The notes: generated by a model from the letters alone, not told the origin. 64,000 bases of DNA from Octopus sinensis (GCF_006345805.1 NC_043019.1:17359360-17423359), one strand, 5' to 3'; positions 50,757 through 63,850 are shown, counted from the first letter of the stretch. Numbers and translations are program-made.

Positions 50757-51407
50757 CAGTAGTTCTCAACCATTTTTTGCATGTAGACCCCTTTGATTCC
50801 TATTTTAGTCAGGTGGGCCCTCATAGCCTTTCAGTGTCTAAAAATTCCTATTTTCATGATTAGATATTCTTTCTCTTTCTTTTTACTCTTTTACTTGTTT
50901 CAGTCATTTGACTGCGGCCATGCTGGAGCACCGCCTTTAGTCGAGCAAATCGACCCCGGGACTTATTCTTTGTAAGTCCAGTACTTATTCTATCGGTCTC
51001 TTTTGCCAATCTGCTAAGTGACGGGGACGTAAACACACCAGCATCGGTTGTCAAGCAATGCTAGGGGGACAAACACACACACACAAACACACACACACAC
51101 ACATATATATATACATATATACGACAGGCTTCTTTCAGTTTCCGTCTACCAAATCCACTCACAAGGCGTTGGTCGGCCCGGGGCTATAGCAGAAGACACT
51201 TGCCCAAGATGCCACGTAGTGGGACTGAACCCGGAACCATGTGGTTGGTTAGCAAGCTACTTACCACACAGCCACTCAATTATATACAAAAATCTTAAAA
51301 TATTTTGTGTATTATAGATGTATAACTAGTTTATTGCTCATAAATTTGAACAGCAAAATCTTATATGGATCCCCGAAGGCCATATGGACCTCTGTTGAGA
51401 ACCACTG
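50757..51407. mobile_element. hAT-type MITE with 8-bp TSD, containing a nested SINE A
   Basis: TIR CAGTAGTTCTCAAC / GTTGAGAACCACTG; CTCTATGT at 50749-50756 and 51408-51415. Confidence 0.9.
50879..51277 (-). mobile_element. SINE family A, young, nested in the hAT MITE
   Basis: Near-consensus and CpG-rich. Confidence 0.94.
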
Positions 51408-52779
51408 CTCTATGTAGTCATTCACCTTGCTAAATATAGCAACCAAATTCCTCTTAATCCATACCTCATCTCAAAAAATGGGCACATTGGCTGATGTAAT
51501 CTTACATTGTGTTTGAGAAAAAAGATTTCCTGATCAGTGCCTTCACTCTTTCGTATTCATATTAATCTGTTGAATGTAATGCTTATTTATTCATATTGCT
51601 TTGAATTAATCATGCATTATCTCATAGCTTCAAGATTTTGATGATTGATTGATTGTTTTCAGAATGACATTGTAGGATGGATGTGAGAGGCCTGACCTGG
51701 CTACTTTAAATATAAAACAGGATGAATATTTTGACTGGATATGGCCAGTTTGAATGGTAAAGGGTTATTAAATCGTGGGTCATATTGTTTTGAATTGATC
51801 AAATGAAGCAAAACACTTGCACAAGAAGTCTCTGTGATCACATGACCTACTAGAAAAAGCAGTCAAATGCCTTCAAATCACACCCTATAATCTTCAAGTA
51901 GGAAGAACATATATAAAAAAAAATGTGGATGGTCAAGGCTGGAAAGCCTTTCTTTTTATATTTACCCTTGTTTAACCCCACTAAACACCATCCTATAAAA
52001 TAACGATGCACTGAGACTATTTAATTATTGGGTATGGAATTGTTGGTGTTAAAGATTGATCTTCATCCAAAGAAAATTGCACTGAACTGAAGTTTTTGTA
52101 ATATTTATCCCCGCTTAAAAGTGGATGTTCTGTTATAACAAACTATACCCTGAGAGAAACTCTCATATTAGCTCTTGGTGCAAAATGCACGCTTGCTTTG
52201 TACCGCTTTGCACTAAAAGCCAACACAAGAGACTGTCTCTCACACTGTCTACTGCAGTATAGTTTGTTCTAACAGAACACCTACATTCAAGTGGAGTGAA
52301 ATATTACCTCTCGGTATTAATTCTGCCTCTATCACAAATGGATATATGGAATTTTCTGTACAACTGAAAATAATCTTTTTCGCTTTGGGATGTTCCAGTG
52401 CACGTGTCAACCCATTTCTTCTTTTTTTTATTGGTATATTTTTCTACTTTATGCTCTGTTCTCTTCTTAAAGGACTTTTAGCTTCGGTTTCTGAATAAAA
52501 TCAATTCCCCCTCCTCCTCTCTCTTCCCATCTCAATCTCTCTCTCTCTAACACACACACACACACACGTGCCTTCCATATGTTTGGTTCTCTCTTACCCC
52601 CCCCCCCCCTCTCCTTCTTCTGAAGTTCATCTCTTCATTTTCTTCCCACTTTTTCTAACAAATAAAAAATTCAGATTCCATCAAGTTCATTGTTTTGCTG
52701 ATTACATCGTTTGAACTTCCTCCTCATCCTTCGAATGTTGCTCCAAGGCCTATCGCCATAATTACCACAACCACAGTGC

Positions 52780-53060
52780 ACCATCGTTGTTTTCATCACC
52801 ATTGCAAGCATCACCAAAACCGCCACTACCACCACCACCACCAGCACCATTTTTACCACTCTTTCCTCTACAGTCACTGCTGTTGCTACCATCATTTCCA
52901 TCATAACTATAATCATCATTATGGACACTTGCTACTATCAACTCCACCTCCACCACCACCAACTCCACCACCACCACCACCACAACCACCACCACCACTG
53001 CTATCATCACCAGCATGAACACTATTTATTGTATCTCCACCATCATCACCACTACCACGG
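52780..53060. repeat. Compound (CAC)n/(CAT)n trinucleotide tract
   Basis: Visible imperfect CAC/CAT runs. Confidence 0.9.
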
Positions 53061-54452
53061 CAACTGTTTTCTGAATTTAAAACTTTGCATTATTGCAAGC
53101 TACATTGTAATTTAATTCTTAACAAAAGAAAAAAGACCAAGTAAGACCGTGTCCTCTCCTTTCCTCCCCATATTTTCACTCGCTTTCTTCCCATAGGAAG
53201 AAGTGTGTAACCTCTTGCCATATCAGGCTTTCATTATTCATCTGTCAACAGGGACAAAAATATAAAGATGATAATAATAATGATGACGATCTCAATGACT
53301 TTCACAAATATTAAACTCATCAACAAATTGGTGATTATTTTCCTTCTTTGCTTCATGCTATGACGAAGAAATGAAATAAATCAAAAGAGATATCCAGGGC
53401 ACATCTGCACTAAGATATATCATTTGTCTTTCACTTGTTTCAGTTATTAGACTGGCTATTCTGGGGCACTTGCGGAATTTTAGTCAACGAATTTACCCTT
53501 GTATTTATTTTATTTTCTTTATTTTTTTTTAAAGCATGGTACTTATTCTGTTGATCTCTTTTGCTGAATCACTCTGTCACAGGAATGTAAACAAACCAAC
53601 ACCAGCTGTCAAGCAGTAGTGACACACACAAACGCGATATATATATATATATATATAGTAGAATAAGAAATAGAAAATCCTTGGGTGTGGTATTATATAC
53701 TAGCAGAACCTGTGAATATTTCATGGAATTAATGGTATTCCTATTGGGTTATTTCTGAAAACTTTATCCAAAAGACCTGTGTTGTTTCTGTATGGAAAGA
53801 CAGTCCTCATCTGTTGCTCATTGAAAAATGAAAGAGATTGGAACACAATGATTACTTAATGCACTCTATAAATGCACTTCATGTACATTGTGTACAATTT
53901 TATAGACTTAACACGCAGCACTCATAAAATAAATATTCATTCTTATTTTTCCATTTTCCTCATAAACAAATGAAAAAAAATATCCCATACATATGATACA
54001 ACCTTTAGTTAAATTGCATATATCTGCCATGTAAAATAAGTGTGAATATTTCACAGAATTGCACTTATGTGCATGCATTAAGTGATAGGTGATATAAAAA
54101 ACTTAGTTCAATAAAAAAAAATACACTCTTCACTATCCAATCACCACCTCTCTCTTTCTCTCTGCCTTTCTTTAATTTCATCATCAGAACATCACCCCTC
54201 TGCTAAAATTATATTTTTAACTCTCCTCCTCTGTCATCACTATTGTCAACTAATTTTTTTAGCCACGTAATAAATATCATGTTCCTCCTATCTCATATCA
54301 TGGGCACTTCCCTCTCCTTCTTTTTCTCTCTCCCTTTTCCTTCTCTCTTTCCCTTCAACTAGTCATGTGAAAGCTTTACAATTACATTCTCTCCTGCTTT
54401 TTCTTTAATCCTGTGAAAGTGTTACTGATGGGCTAAATAATGGAATGACAAG

Positions 54453-54611
54453 CAGAATTATTATAAGATTTGAAAAAATGAATAGAAATGGCTTATCTGA
54501 TAATTTTTCCACTTTAATGATTATAGAGTTAAACATCTAATTATTAAAGTGAAAAAATTATCAGAAAAACCATTTCTATTCATTTTTCAAATATCTATTA
54601 TATAAAATCTG
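54453..54611. repeat. AT-rich inverted repeat (~70-bp arms, ~14-nt loop)
   Basis: TTTGAAAAAATGAATAGAAATGG.TTATCTGATAATTTTTCCACTTTAAT pairs with ATTAAAGTGAAAAAATTATCAGAAAAACCATTTCTATTCATTTTTCAAA. Confidence 0.85.
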
Positions 54612-55809
54612 TTCTGTGTGTGTGTGTGTGTGTGTGTCTTCTAGGATCTTGGGCATCCTCCATCCGATTGCACTCAAATTTGATATGTAGATACCGACAG
54701 TATCAGGGCATGTATAAGTCTTGAAAAAATTACAAAAATCGATTCCAGGTGAGAATGTGATCGATAAAGCATTTTTTGGAATAGAAAAAAATGTCTATCT
54801 ATATTTCTTCTTTTGCCGGTGTCTCAAATTTAGGTTAAATCAGTGTTTCTCAAAAGGGAGGCCTATGGGATGGTTGGACAAGTTGTTTTGAGAAAATTTG
54901 GTTTAATACCATTGCATGTAAATGGTGTTAAACCAAATTTGACAACTCAGCACTGTCCATTGGACGGGTGGGGAGCATTTTGCTCGTATATATATTTATA
55001 TATATATATATACATACACACACACACATATGACCATTTCTGTCTACCAAATCCACTTGGTGAGCCTGGGGCTATAATAGAAGACACTCGCCCAAGGTGC
55101 CAATCCTTTGCCTATTTATATATATTTCATGTTTTGCTTATAAATGATGCATGAAACCAGGATTTTTGACTCGAGAAACTGCTCGAAACCCTTGTTATAG
55201 CATCCACATAAGTGGAGTCACAGCATGTTAGTTTGCGCTGGTTTCAAGGCATATAATATTGTAATAATGAAGTCAAACCAAATAATGCTATTTTGAGAGC
55301 ATTTAATTCATACATTTCAGATCTGCTTAATATATAATAGGAAACACATCCCATTACGCAGGGCTTTTTCTCAGTTAATACATTTCAAAATATAAACCAA
55401 CTGACTGAAATTGTTCCGTGTGTGTGTGTGTGTGTGTGTGTGCGTGCGGTCAGGGCAGTAAGTTGTATAGGAAGGGAGTGAGAGAGGGAGGAGAAGAGAG
55501 AGCAAAGAGAGGTAGGAAGGAGAGAAAGGAAGGAGAGTATGTGAGAGAAGTGGAAAGAAAGCAGGCAGTTTTGTTGGTATGTGCATAGAAAGGTCAAGAG
55601 GGTTAAACACAACAAGGTAGAGAATGGAAAAGGTCAAGGAGAAGCTGAGAGTATGGGGAGGAGGAGCTGAATCATATGTTAGGGTGTGGCTATGAATGTT
55701 AGTATTGAATGGAGGATGTAAGCGTTTGGCCTTGAAGATACTGGTGTGCCAAAGCACCATGGACAGAAATACTAATAAATAACAACAACAGCGATAATAA
55801 TAATAATCC

Positions 55810-56015
55810 TTTCTACTCTGGACGAAAGGCCTGCAATTTGGTCAGAGAGGATGAATCAATTACATGGACCTCAGTGCACAACTGGTACCTAATTTATCAA
55901 CTACAAAAGGATGAAAGGCAAAGTCGACCATGATGGAATTTGAACTCAGAACGTAAAGACAGATGAAATGCCACTAAGCATTTTGCCTGGCGTGCTAACG
56001 ATTCTGCCAACTTGC
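55810..56015 (-). mobile_element. SINE family C, ATT-tailed variant
   Basis: Nin-like GGATGAAAGGCAAAGTCGACC on the plus strand; tail differs from 40487-40712. Confidence 0.85.
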
Positions 56016-56312
56016 AACCTTGGAAAAAGGGGGCCAGCAGCTGCTTCAGAGAACTGAACTCAGTATCATTTGAGATGATGATGATGATGATGATGGTAGG
56101 GAGAAGAGAAAGAAGAATAGAAGAGGAGGGTTATAACAGAAAAGTGAAGATAACACAGAATTAAATAAATTGAAAATAAATCATAAATTACAAATGATAA
56201 TGGTATTCATATGTGTACTATTCACACAATATACATACATACTACACATTTTTATATGTGTGTAGCTAGACACATACATACACTCATGGAAGGACATACA
56301 TACATACATACA

Positions 56313-56346
<34 letters not shown>

Positions 56347-56349
56347 CAT

Positions 56350-56396
<47 letters not shown>

Positions 56397-56624
56397 CAGT
56401 CGAAATTGCGAGGATGATCCGGTTCTTGACTGAAGATTAAAGGCTTCGAATGACCTGTCCATGTTTTTTGTATCATCTTCTGGATGTTTTGCGTTCTTGT
56501 CCCATTTTGTATTTATATATATATATATATTTGACAGTTTGCCTAAAACGAAAAGAAAACAATTTCCCATCCAAAAATAAAAGTATTTTAAAAAATCGAA
56601 AACTATCAACCAGATTATGGCTTG

Positions 56625-56855
56625 AAGATAACATTCTGCTCAAAGTAACAGCCCTCAACTTCCATCATTGCCTCAAGATGTCTCCAGAACCTAGCACATG
56701 CACTCCTCACTGAGTCCCTGAGAAGATCTTTGAGCACTGCCTTGATCTTGGCCACCAGCTTGGCCTTAGTGTTGCAGGCAGTGAAGCTGGTGTCTTTCTC
56801 AACTGCACTCCACACATAGTAATCCATGAGATTACAATCATGGAAATCAGGAGAT
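56625..56855 (-). pseudogene. Tc1/mariner-superfamily (maT-like) transposase C-terminal remnant
   Basis: SPDFHDCNLMDYYVWSAVEKDT...ACARFWRHLEAMMEVEGCYFE matches the SPDxNPxDYxxW...EAVIxxxGxxxE terminus. Confidence 0.75.
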
Positions 56856-58741
56856 ATACCTCCCGTATATTTGTTATACTCACATGTGAGAAATGGCTAA
56901 GGAATAAATATTTCATTCCTATGGCTGGTTGATCATCTTTTTAGCATTTCCAACAAGGGTGGTAGATTGATGATTACTTGCAATTGTGAAAGTGCTGCTG
57001 TCATGCCATTTCAAAAACAGAGTTCTTCCTTTTCTTCAAATATGTAGTCATAGGATCCACGATTTTCCTTTTTCAGGGATTTGTCCTCCTGCAGGGGACA
57101 TCTGGATGTTCTGTTTGAACACACTGTACCTGTGATTCTGATTCCTAAGAATTTCATTTGTACAAATAAGTTATAACGAGAAAAAGTTACCAACATAAAT
57201 TCCATGACCGTTGGAGTTCTCTTGGTGATTGGTCATTGATAAAACCACTCTCGGACCTACACTGTTATCGTTCTTGGTATTGGAAATAGGAATTTTTTGC
57301 TTTCCTTGATATAAATCCATTCTAAAACAATAGCCACCAGTGGCACAACAGAGCACCCACTGCTTGACACCAAATCATTGGCTTACTTCTTATAAATTGG
57401 TTTAGAGAGATTCTTCCATAGTATCTTACTAGCTGTTCATCTCATAGAATATTCCAAACTGCTTGAACTTCTGATTCAGAGCATCAGCTAGCAATCTAAT
57501 TTTGAATCCTTTATCATCTTTGTAATTTTCTGCATTTTCATTATCAATGAAATGAAGAAACCTTTTGATGCTTAGAAAAATGTTTCTTGGTATTGTTTAT
57601 CGAATAACTGGAGTTTCAAGGTCTTCAGACACGATCCAGTAATGCCATTCACTCAGTAGTCTGTAGTATCCTGATAAAAAGTAGGATTCCAATGAAATTT
57701 CTCTGGCAGCTTGTTGACAGACTAAAATCATGTACATTTTTCTGTGTGAAATAAGTGACAGATTCTCTGCACATTTCCCTTAGTAAATCCTCGTCAAGCA
57801 AAAGTTCAAAAATTCTCAACTGGGCTGTTGCCAACTACTTTATCTTGCATTGATTTCATTCTGTCATTTGCTCCATCAGTAGTTGGTGATGCAAGTTTTG
57901 AAAAATTAGGCTCAGTCTTCTTCCAAGAGAAATCTGAGCTCTTCTTTCTTTTTCCTTTTGGTTGTGTTAGTTCTTCGTTATCATACCAATGAAGCTCAAC
58001 ACTCCTTGGCACATCCTGCAAGATAAAGGTCAGATCTCTGTTCTCATTATCTGAGATTTCATCATCAGAGTCTTCTTAATCAGTTCATTTACTGGTGGAG
58101 GAATTTCAACAATATCAATAAAGTTTTCATCACTAGGAGACTTATTTTCTTCTGCATAATTTGCTGCACCATGAACTGAATGGTAGAAAACCATGGGGGA
58201 GTATCTGAAAATAAAACTAAAGTAATAATAATAAGGAAAGAAAATAACAAATAAAAAATATATACATAGAAAATGTTCACAGCATAAAAAATTTGCCCCT
58301 GCAAATCATTTTCTCTTTTATGGAACATCCATAGAAAATGGAAAAAATGGAGTTCTAGTGACCATGGTCCTTATATTAGGACCAAACTTTTAGAGCATGC
58401 TATATTTCAGCAAAATTACTTTCAAAGATTTTCTTGACCTTATAGGACAGAACAATTATTTATACTATATCAAAAATGGGTTGCATATAAGTACTACTTA
58501 CCAAAAAAGTTTTGATTGAATAAAAGATGAAACTGATTGTATCCTTTCTCTCAAGATTTTCACACTGTTCCGAAAACTGAGACATCAGTATTGCATATAC
58601 ATATCAGACAGTAGCTGTAATATTTGAAAAAAAACTCCAGTCTTGATGACCTAGCAAGATATCTCAGAAAAATACAGGTGTTATAGAAATATGATGGATT
58701 ATCCTTCTGGTCCTAAAATGAGGACTATGGGTGCCAATGGG
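56855..58741 (-). mobile_element. Decayed piggyBac transposon (PGBD-type transposase pseudogene ~58100-56855) with one intact terminus
   Basis: TTAA|CCCATTGGCACC end at 58741. Fragments IFELLLDEDLL, FLSIKRFLHFIDN, WVLCCATGGYCFRMDLYQGK, IYVGNFFS, GIRITGTVCSNR, KWHDSS, YNKYTGGI; many stops and frameshifts. Confidence 0.9.
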
Positions 58742-59127
58742 TTAATTGTTATTTCCTTAGTATTGTCCCTGGCTTTTGTCAAGAATTTGCTTTCAACATA
58801 GATGTATATAAATTTATACTAACGTATACAATGTGACACATGCCTGCATTTCGTGAATGTATGTGCATGTGTCTGTTATTGGTTTATGAGGTTTCACAGG
58901 TTTTGAATGTAAATTAGTGTATGAAGTTGTAAGTTCATAGTAATATATTTTGTAAATCCTGCGATGTCTTTAATATGTATCCGTTATATGTGTGTGTGTG
59001 TGTAGTTTAGAATTCCAGGTTGACTTCCTGAGTGTATATAGACTTATAGCTATTGCAGATAAGTGATCCGCTCACATGCATATTCATGCACATACATGCA
59101 ATCTGACAGACACACTGTAGCCATTAA

Positions 59128-59333
59128 CCCTTTAGCATTTAAACCTGCCATATCCAGCCCAAATATTCTGTTTTATGTTCAAACCAGCCAGATCCAGATC
59201 CTCTCCTACAATATCCTAAAAATATGCAGTCGCATCAACAAAACCTCAAAGTTATGGTGAAATGCATGATTAATTAAAAGCAGTGTGATTAAATATGTAA
59301 TATATTTGCTAACATAATCTAAATACTAAAGGG
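59128..59333. mobile_element. TTAA MITE family M2
   Basis: TTAA|CCCTTTAGCATTT...AAATACTAAAGGG. Confidence 0.8.
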
Positions 59334-59434
59334 TTTCAAACCACCCCTTACCTATCAGTCAGAGGCTGAACTGTGTCAGCTACCCACATACAGTTTTTCC
59401 TGGGTCTCTCCTTTCTTTTCTTATCTCTTTTCTG

Positions 59435-60010
59435 TTATGTGTGTGTGTGTGTGTGTGTGTATGTATTTGTGTGTGTATATATGTATTTGTGTGTGTGTAT
59501 ATATATATGTATTTGTGTGTGTGTATGTATGTATTTGTGTGTATATATATTTGTGTGTGTGTATATGGATGAGTGTGTATATGTATTTGTGTGTGTGTCT
59601 ATGTATTTGTGTGTATATATATTTGTGTGTGTGTGTATATATGTATTTGTGTATCTGTGTGTATATGCATTTGTGTATGTGTATATACATATGTATTTGT
59701 GTGTGTGTATGTATGTATTTGTGTGTATATATATTTGTGTGTGTGTATATGGATGAGTGTGTGTGTATATGGATGAGTGTGTATATGTATTTGTGTGTGT
59801 GTATGTATGTATTTGTGTGTATATATATTTGTGTGTGTGTATATATTTATTTGTGTATCTGTGTGTATATGCATTTGTGTATGTGTATATACATATGTAT
59901 TTGTGTGTGTGTATGTATGTATTTGTGTGTATATATATTTGTGTGTGTGTGTATATGCATTTGTGTATGTGTATATACATATGTATTTGTGTATGCATGT
60001 GTGTGTATAG
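59435..60010. repeat. GT-rich minisatellite with higher-order units
   Basis: Repeating ATGTATTTGTGTGTG blocks, with recurring ATATGGATGAGTGTG and ATGCATTTGTGTATGTGTATATACAT markers. Confidence 0.92.
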
Positions 60011-60324
60011 ACAGGAATGTGTATTTGTGTACATTTCCTACATCAGTCTCTAATTCTCTCTCTTTTCTAAATTACTAGTTTTGTTCTTTATTCTCCCCAT
60101 TCAGCTTTCGGTAGGACTCCTGATTACTATGTTTAAAGGCTTTATATAAATGTAAATTTTGTATTATTTGATTCTCTTTCTGCAGAATTTCCGAAAGGAA
60201 ATGTCTTACAAGTTTCTCTTCCATGTACAATTTTGTTACTCCTATTAGCAAATGAAACACATGTAATGGTGAATGGATATTACCAAAAATTTTTTCCAAT
60301 CTCCTTTTTATATATATATATATA

Positions 60325-60604
60325 CAAAATGTTGTTATTGGTTCAAATATGCTTGAGGCATATTCAAACCTACACGAAAGCTATTCACTGTATTTTGTCA
60401 TGGAGGAAATTTCTTACTGTAGACAGACAGGCGTAAACACAATGAATCAGTGTGCAACATTCCCTCTGTCTACTGTGAACTGACTTGGTGTGTTTACACC
60501 TATTTGTCTACAGTGAAAAATTTTCTCCATGACAAAATACACTGAATGGCTTTCTCAACGGTTTGAATATGCCTCAAAGCATATTTGAACTGGTGACAAG
60601 TTTG
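60325..60604. mobile_element. Fold-back MITE (~120-bp arms) with TA flanks
   Basis: GTTCAAATATGCTTGAGGCATATTCAAACC...GTAAACAC pairs with GTGTTTAC...GGTTTGAATATGCCTCAAAGCATATTTGAAC; TA on both sides. Confidence 0.85.
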
Positions 60605-61112
60605 TATTTATACACATCACTGCTTAGCACTTTCATTCTGAGTGAGTGTGTGTGTGTGTAACAGTATAAAGCAGAGTGTTTGCAGTTAGAGTAATGCACT
60701 TATACATTTATTTTGTAAATTCTTGAAAATCTTTGCTTTAAAGCAACTCCTATGAATCTTTGTTGGATAACAAAACTTATTTGTATGTAGGATGCTTTAT
60801 ATGTATGCTTTATTTATGTGTACAATTGTTTTATTTATGTATTTGTGTTGTATATGTGTTAGTATATTTGTAAGTATATGTATATTTTATGTATCTTTGT
60901 ATTTTCTTTATCGCTAAGTGAACTCTGATTGCACAGACTTATGATCAAAAGCTTTCCCTGCTAATGTTTGTCTCTCTTTATTACAATCAATATTCTAATG
61001 TTCTGATTAAACCCCAACTTCACAAAATGTTTCTATAACAACAACTGCTTTTAGCTTAATTCTTTTTTTTTTTTTTGACTGTTAATTATCACTAATTAAT
61101 TGTTCTTTGCAG

Positions 61113-61184
61113 GATATCCAGGATGTAATTTTAACAATCAAGTAAATGTGGAATACTTTTGAACAAAAGGAATAGAAAAACTCT
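61113..61184 (+). other. Candidate 72-nt non-coding spliced exon
   Basis: ACTAAT branch-like site, TGTTCTTTGCAG| acceptor and |GTAAGT donor; stops in all three frames. Confidence 0.45.
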
Positions 61185-61790
61185 GTAAGTAAACATTTGA
61201 ATTAAGATTTCCTCTCATATAAACAATCATTATGTTTGTGTTTAGTAGACCCATAATCAAAAGATATTCTAGCTAGCATCATCTGGGCCCTATTCATCTT
61301 TTACCTTTTTCATTTTCCTGGTGTAATGTGTCTTGGACTACAATTTGCAGAGTATTCTTTCTTTTCTAAGATCAAAAGGTGTGTGATTTGATAGACTTTT
61401 GGCTGTTGTTTTAGCAGGATGAGTGACCACATTGAAGCATCCTCTTTGGTATGTGTGATATAATTGATATACTAATGTGTGATATATGTGATATAATAGT
61501 ATTGGCGGCTATAGTTGCTGTTTTAACTCCAGCTAGGCCATGAACCAGTAGAATTATGATGAAGGTATATCTTTGGCTACAATAGCTAATGTGTTTATAA
61601 GTGATTTGAAGCAGACTTGGCTGCTATTTCTAGAATGATGGTTTTGTTGTTGGCTTGTGAATATTATAAACATTATTATACAGTAATGAGTGCAGGAATG
61701 GCTGTAGAATGAAGTTCTCATTACAATCATATGGCTCTGGATTCTACTATATCCTTAGGTCAGCTAAACTCTTGTGAGTGATATTTAGCT

Positions 61791-61829
<39 letters not shown>

Positions 61830-62430
61830 TTAGTATCTGGTTTGCAAGATTTCTTTTGTGAATTTGTGTGTCTGGGAAGTCATGGTGGCTGCCCCCTCAT
61901 TATCGAGTATGGCCACTGCATGAAGCTTAATCAATGTTGTTATCGTGCAATGCCTGTGCAAGAAGATTTTTTTAAAGTGAGGAAAGGCTGTGCACTGAGT
62001 CAATCCCACTCACTAAGCAACAGCAGCCATAATCCAAAAAGAAGAACAAGTCAACATCATCGGTAACCACTGAGCCGCAGGTTTTATGTCGGAGTTATTC
62101 CAGTTACCTGAGTTACCTTCTCCTAGAAGGATGCCCTAACAAAGGCTTGGAGTCCTTCACTCCCAATGGTTTAACCGCGCGATCGGGTATTCAATCCGAT
62201 TATTTCTATGTCCCTGCACATAATGCAGCCATAAGACATTTATTAGATGACCGTTGACTCTCAAGATTTCCTCCATCCTTTGATGGGTTTTGTTTTTCAT
62301 CTCGCAGGGTGTCCAATAAGCACCCTCCTCTCCAAGCAAGCTTGGTGGGGTTGCCGGTTTAGTCCCCAACGACCTGACCATGCCACTAGTTGTACTGGGT
62401 TACATGTTACCAGCAGCACTCGAAAGTGAC
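61830..62430 (-). mobile_element. Probable internally deleted RTE derivative
   Basis: Minus strand has an RTE-like 5'UTR motif CTAGGAGAAGGTAACTC and an RTE-like 3' end GGCCATACTCGATAATGAGGGGGCAGCCACC, with no long ORF between. Confidence 0.4.
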
Positions 62431-63639
62431 CTGACATAAGTCATAGTGCCTTAATATGACACACTCACCAGTTCAATTTCTACTCATTTATTTATTTATT
62501 TATTTATTATTCCAGAAAGCTTTATTATTGTGGCATTTGTAATGATATCAATCAATTTTGACTCTGGTTGCTGGAAACCTAGTAGAACAAAACAATGTCC
62601 GACAAAGGACAAATGAACTTACTGTTGGGTCAATGATCTTCTAACAGTAGTGTGGCCCTTTCTGGCCTGGTATAAGACCACTGGGAGTGAGGCACCTCTT
62701 AACTCCCATTATTCCGATATAAAGCCTGAGGACTGTTGTTTGGGAAAGTCATAGTACACTATGCTCCATGTGTTTGTGCATGGATATCTGTTGAGACTTT
62801 TGATAAACCAAATATTCATCATTTTCCTAAACAAAGAAAAATGTCATTGCTACGAATGACAAAACATTGGTGGAGTTTGGAGATAATTGTCCTTGGATTG
62901 GTGTGATTGTAGCAACAGTCAAAATATGATTTGTTGGTGTCAGTGTTGCTGTTGTTTTTTGTTCATTATTTAGCAGTTGTTTGCGTCTCTTTGCTATTTG
63001 TCTGCCATTTCATCTCTGCTGAGTAGCTAAGGTGTGCTGAACACATATTGATGGTGAAACTCAGAAAGAAGCACATCAGAGGATGAAATTGTTGTTGGAG
63101 CCTGTTTCACGTGAAGTTTTCACTGGTCATGTCTTTTCAATCAACTAGGTAATATTCTAGCAAATCATGACATCAGACATAGGGATTTAATATTCCCACT
63201 ACACACACACACTATCAACCTCATATACTCAACGTATACGCTTTGTGTATTTGTTGGTAGGCTGTGATTTGGCATGATGAAAATTACTCTCAGAGCACCA
63301 GTTGTTAAAACATCTGAAAGTCATGGACAGGTGAGACAACTCACCCCAAATCCCATTCAGGAGTGATGGCCATCGATGTTTTGCCATTTTTGTGGCTTAT
63401 CTATATCATGTACCTGAACCAAATCAGAAGTGAATTGTACCACTAGCCCATGATTTATACGCATAAAGTGTGGAAGCTATGTGCTGGTATGCCTGGAAAA
63501 TGCATACGTAAGAAGAAATTCATAGATGAAATAGAAGCAGCACTAGTGTAATGAACATTATCGATCATACATACTTATCCTTCATAAACCGTGTATTTGC
63601 TGGTGGGCTGTGGTTCTGGTTGATAATGTTTATTACATT

Positions 63640-63850
63640 AGTGCTGTTTCTGCTTCATTTAGCATCTGCTTTCCATGCTGGCATGGGTTAGACAGTTTGA
63701 GTGGAACTGGTAAGCTGGTGAACTGCACCAAGTTCCAGTCTGATTTGGTATGGTTTCTATGGCTGGATGCCCTTCCTAATGCCAACCACTCCAAGAGTGT
63801 AATGGGTACTTTTTAAGTACCACCAGCACAAGTGCCTTTATGTACCATGC
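63640..63850 (-). mobile_element. RTE LINE 3'UTR fragment
   Basis: CTTTCCATGCTGGCATGGG...GGCTGGATGCCCTTCCTAATGCCAACCACTC on the plus strand. Confidence 0.8.

Noticed and set aside
11600-51317. Recurrent ORFs such as ...RRHLPKVPCSGTEPGTMWLVSKLLTTQP and FQSFDCGHAGAPP
   Set aside because: Read-through of SINE A copies; repetition reflects the SINE, not a protein family.
52695-53018. His/Pro-rich 107-aa ORF
   Set aside because: Derived from CAC/CAT repeats; weak A-rich acceptor and no recognisable domain.
56395-56512. (TA)n-flanked element containing CTGAAGA and GAAA words
   Set aside because: I could not build stems I and II in any hammerhead permutation, so it is not counted as a ribozyme.
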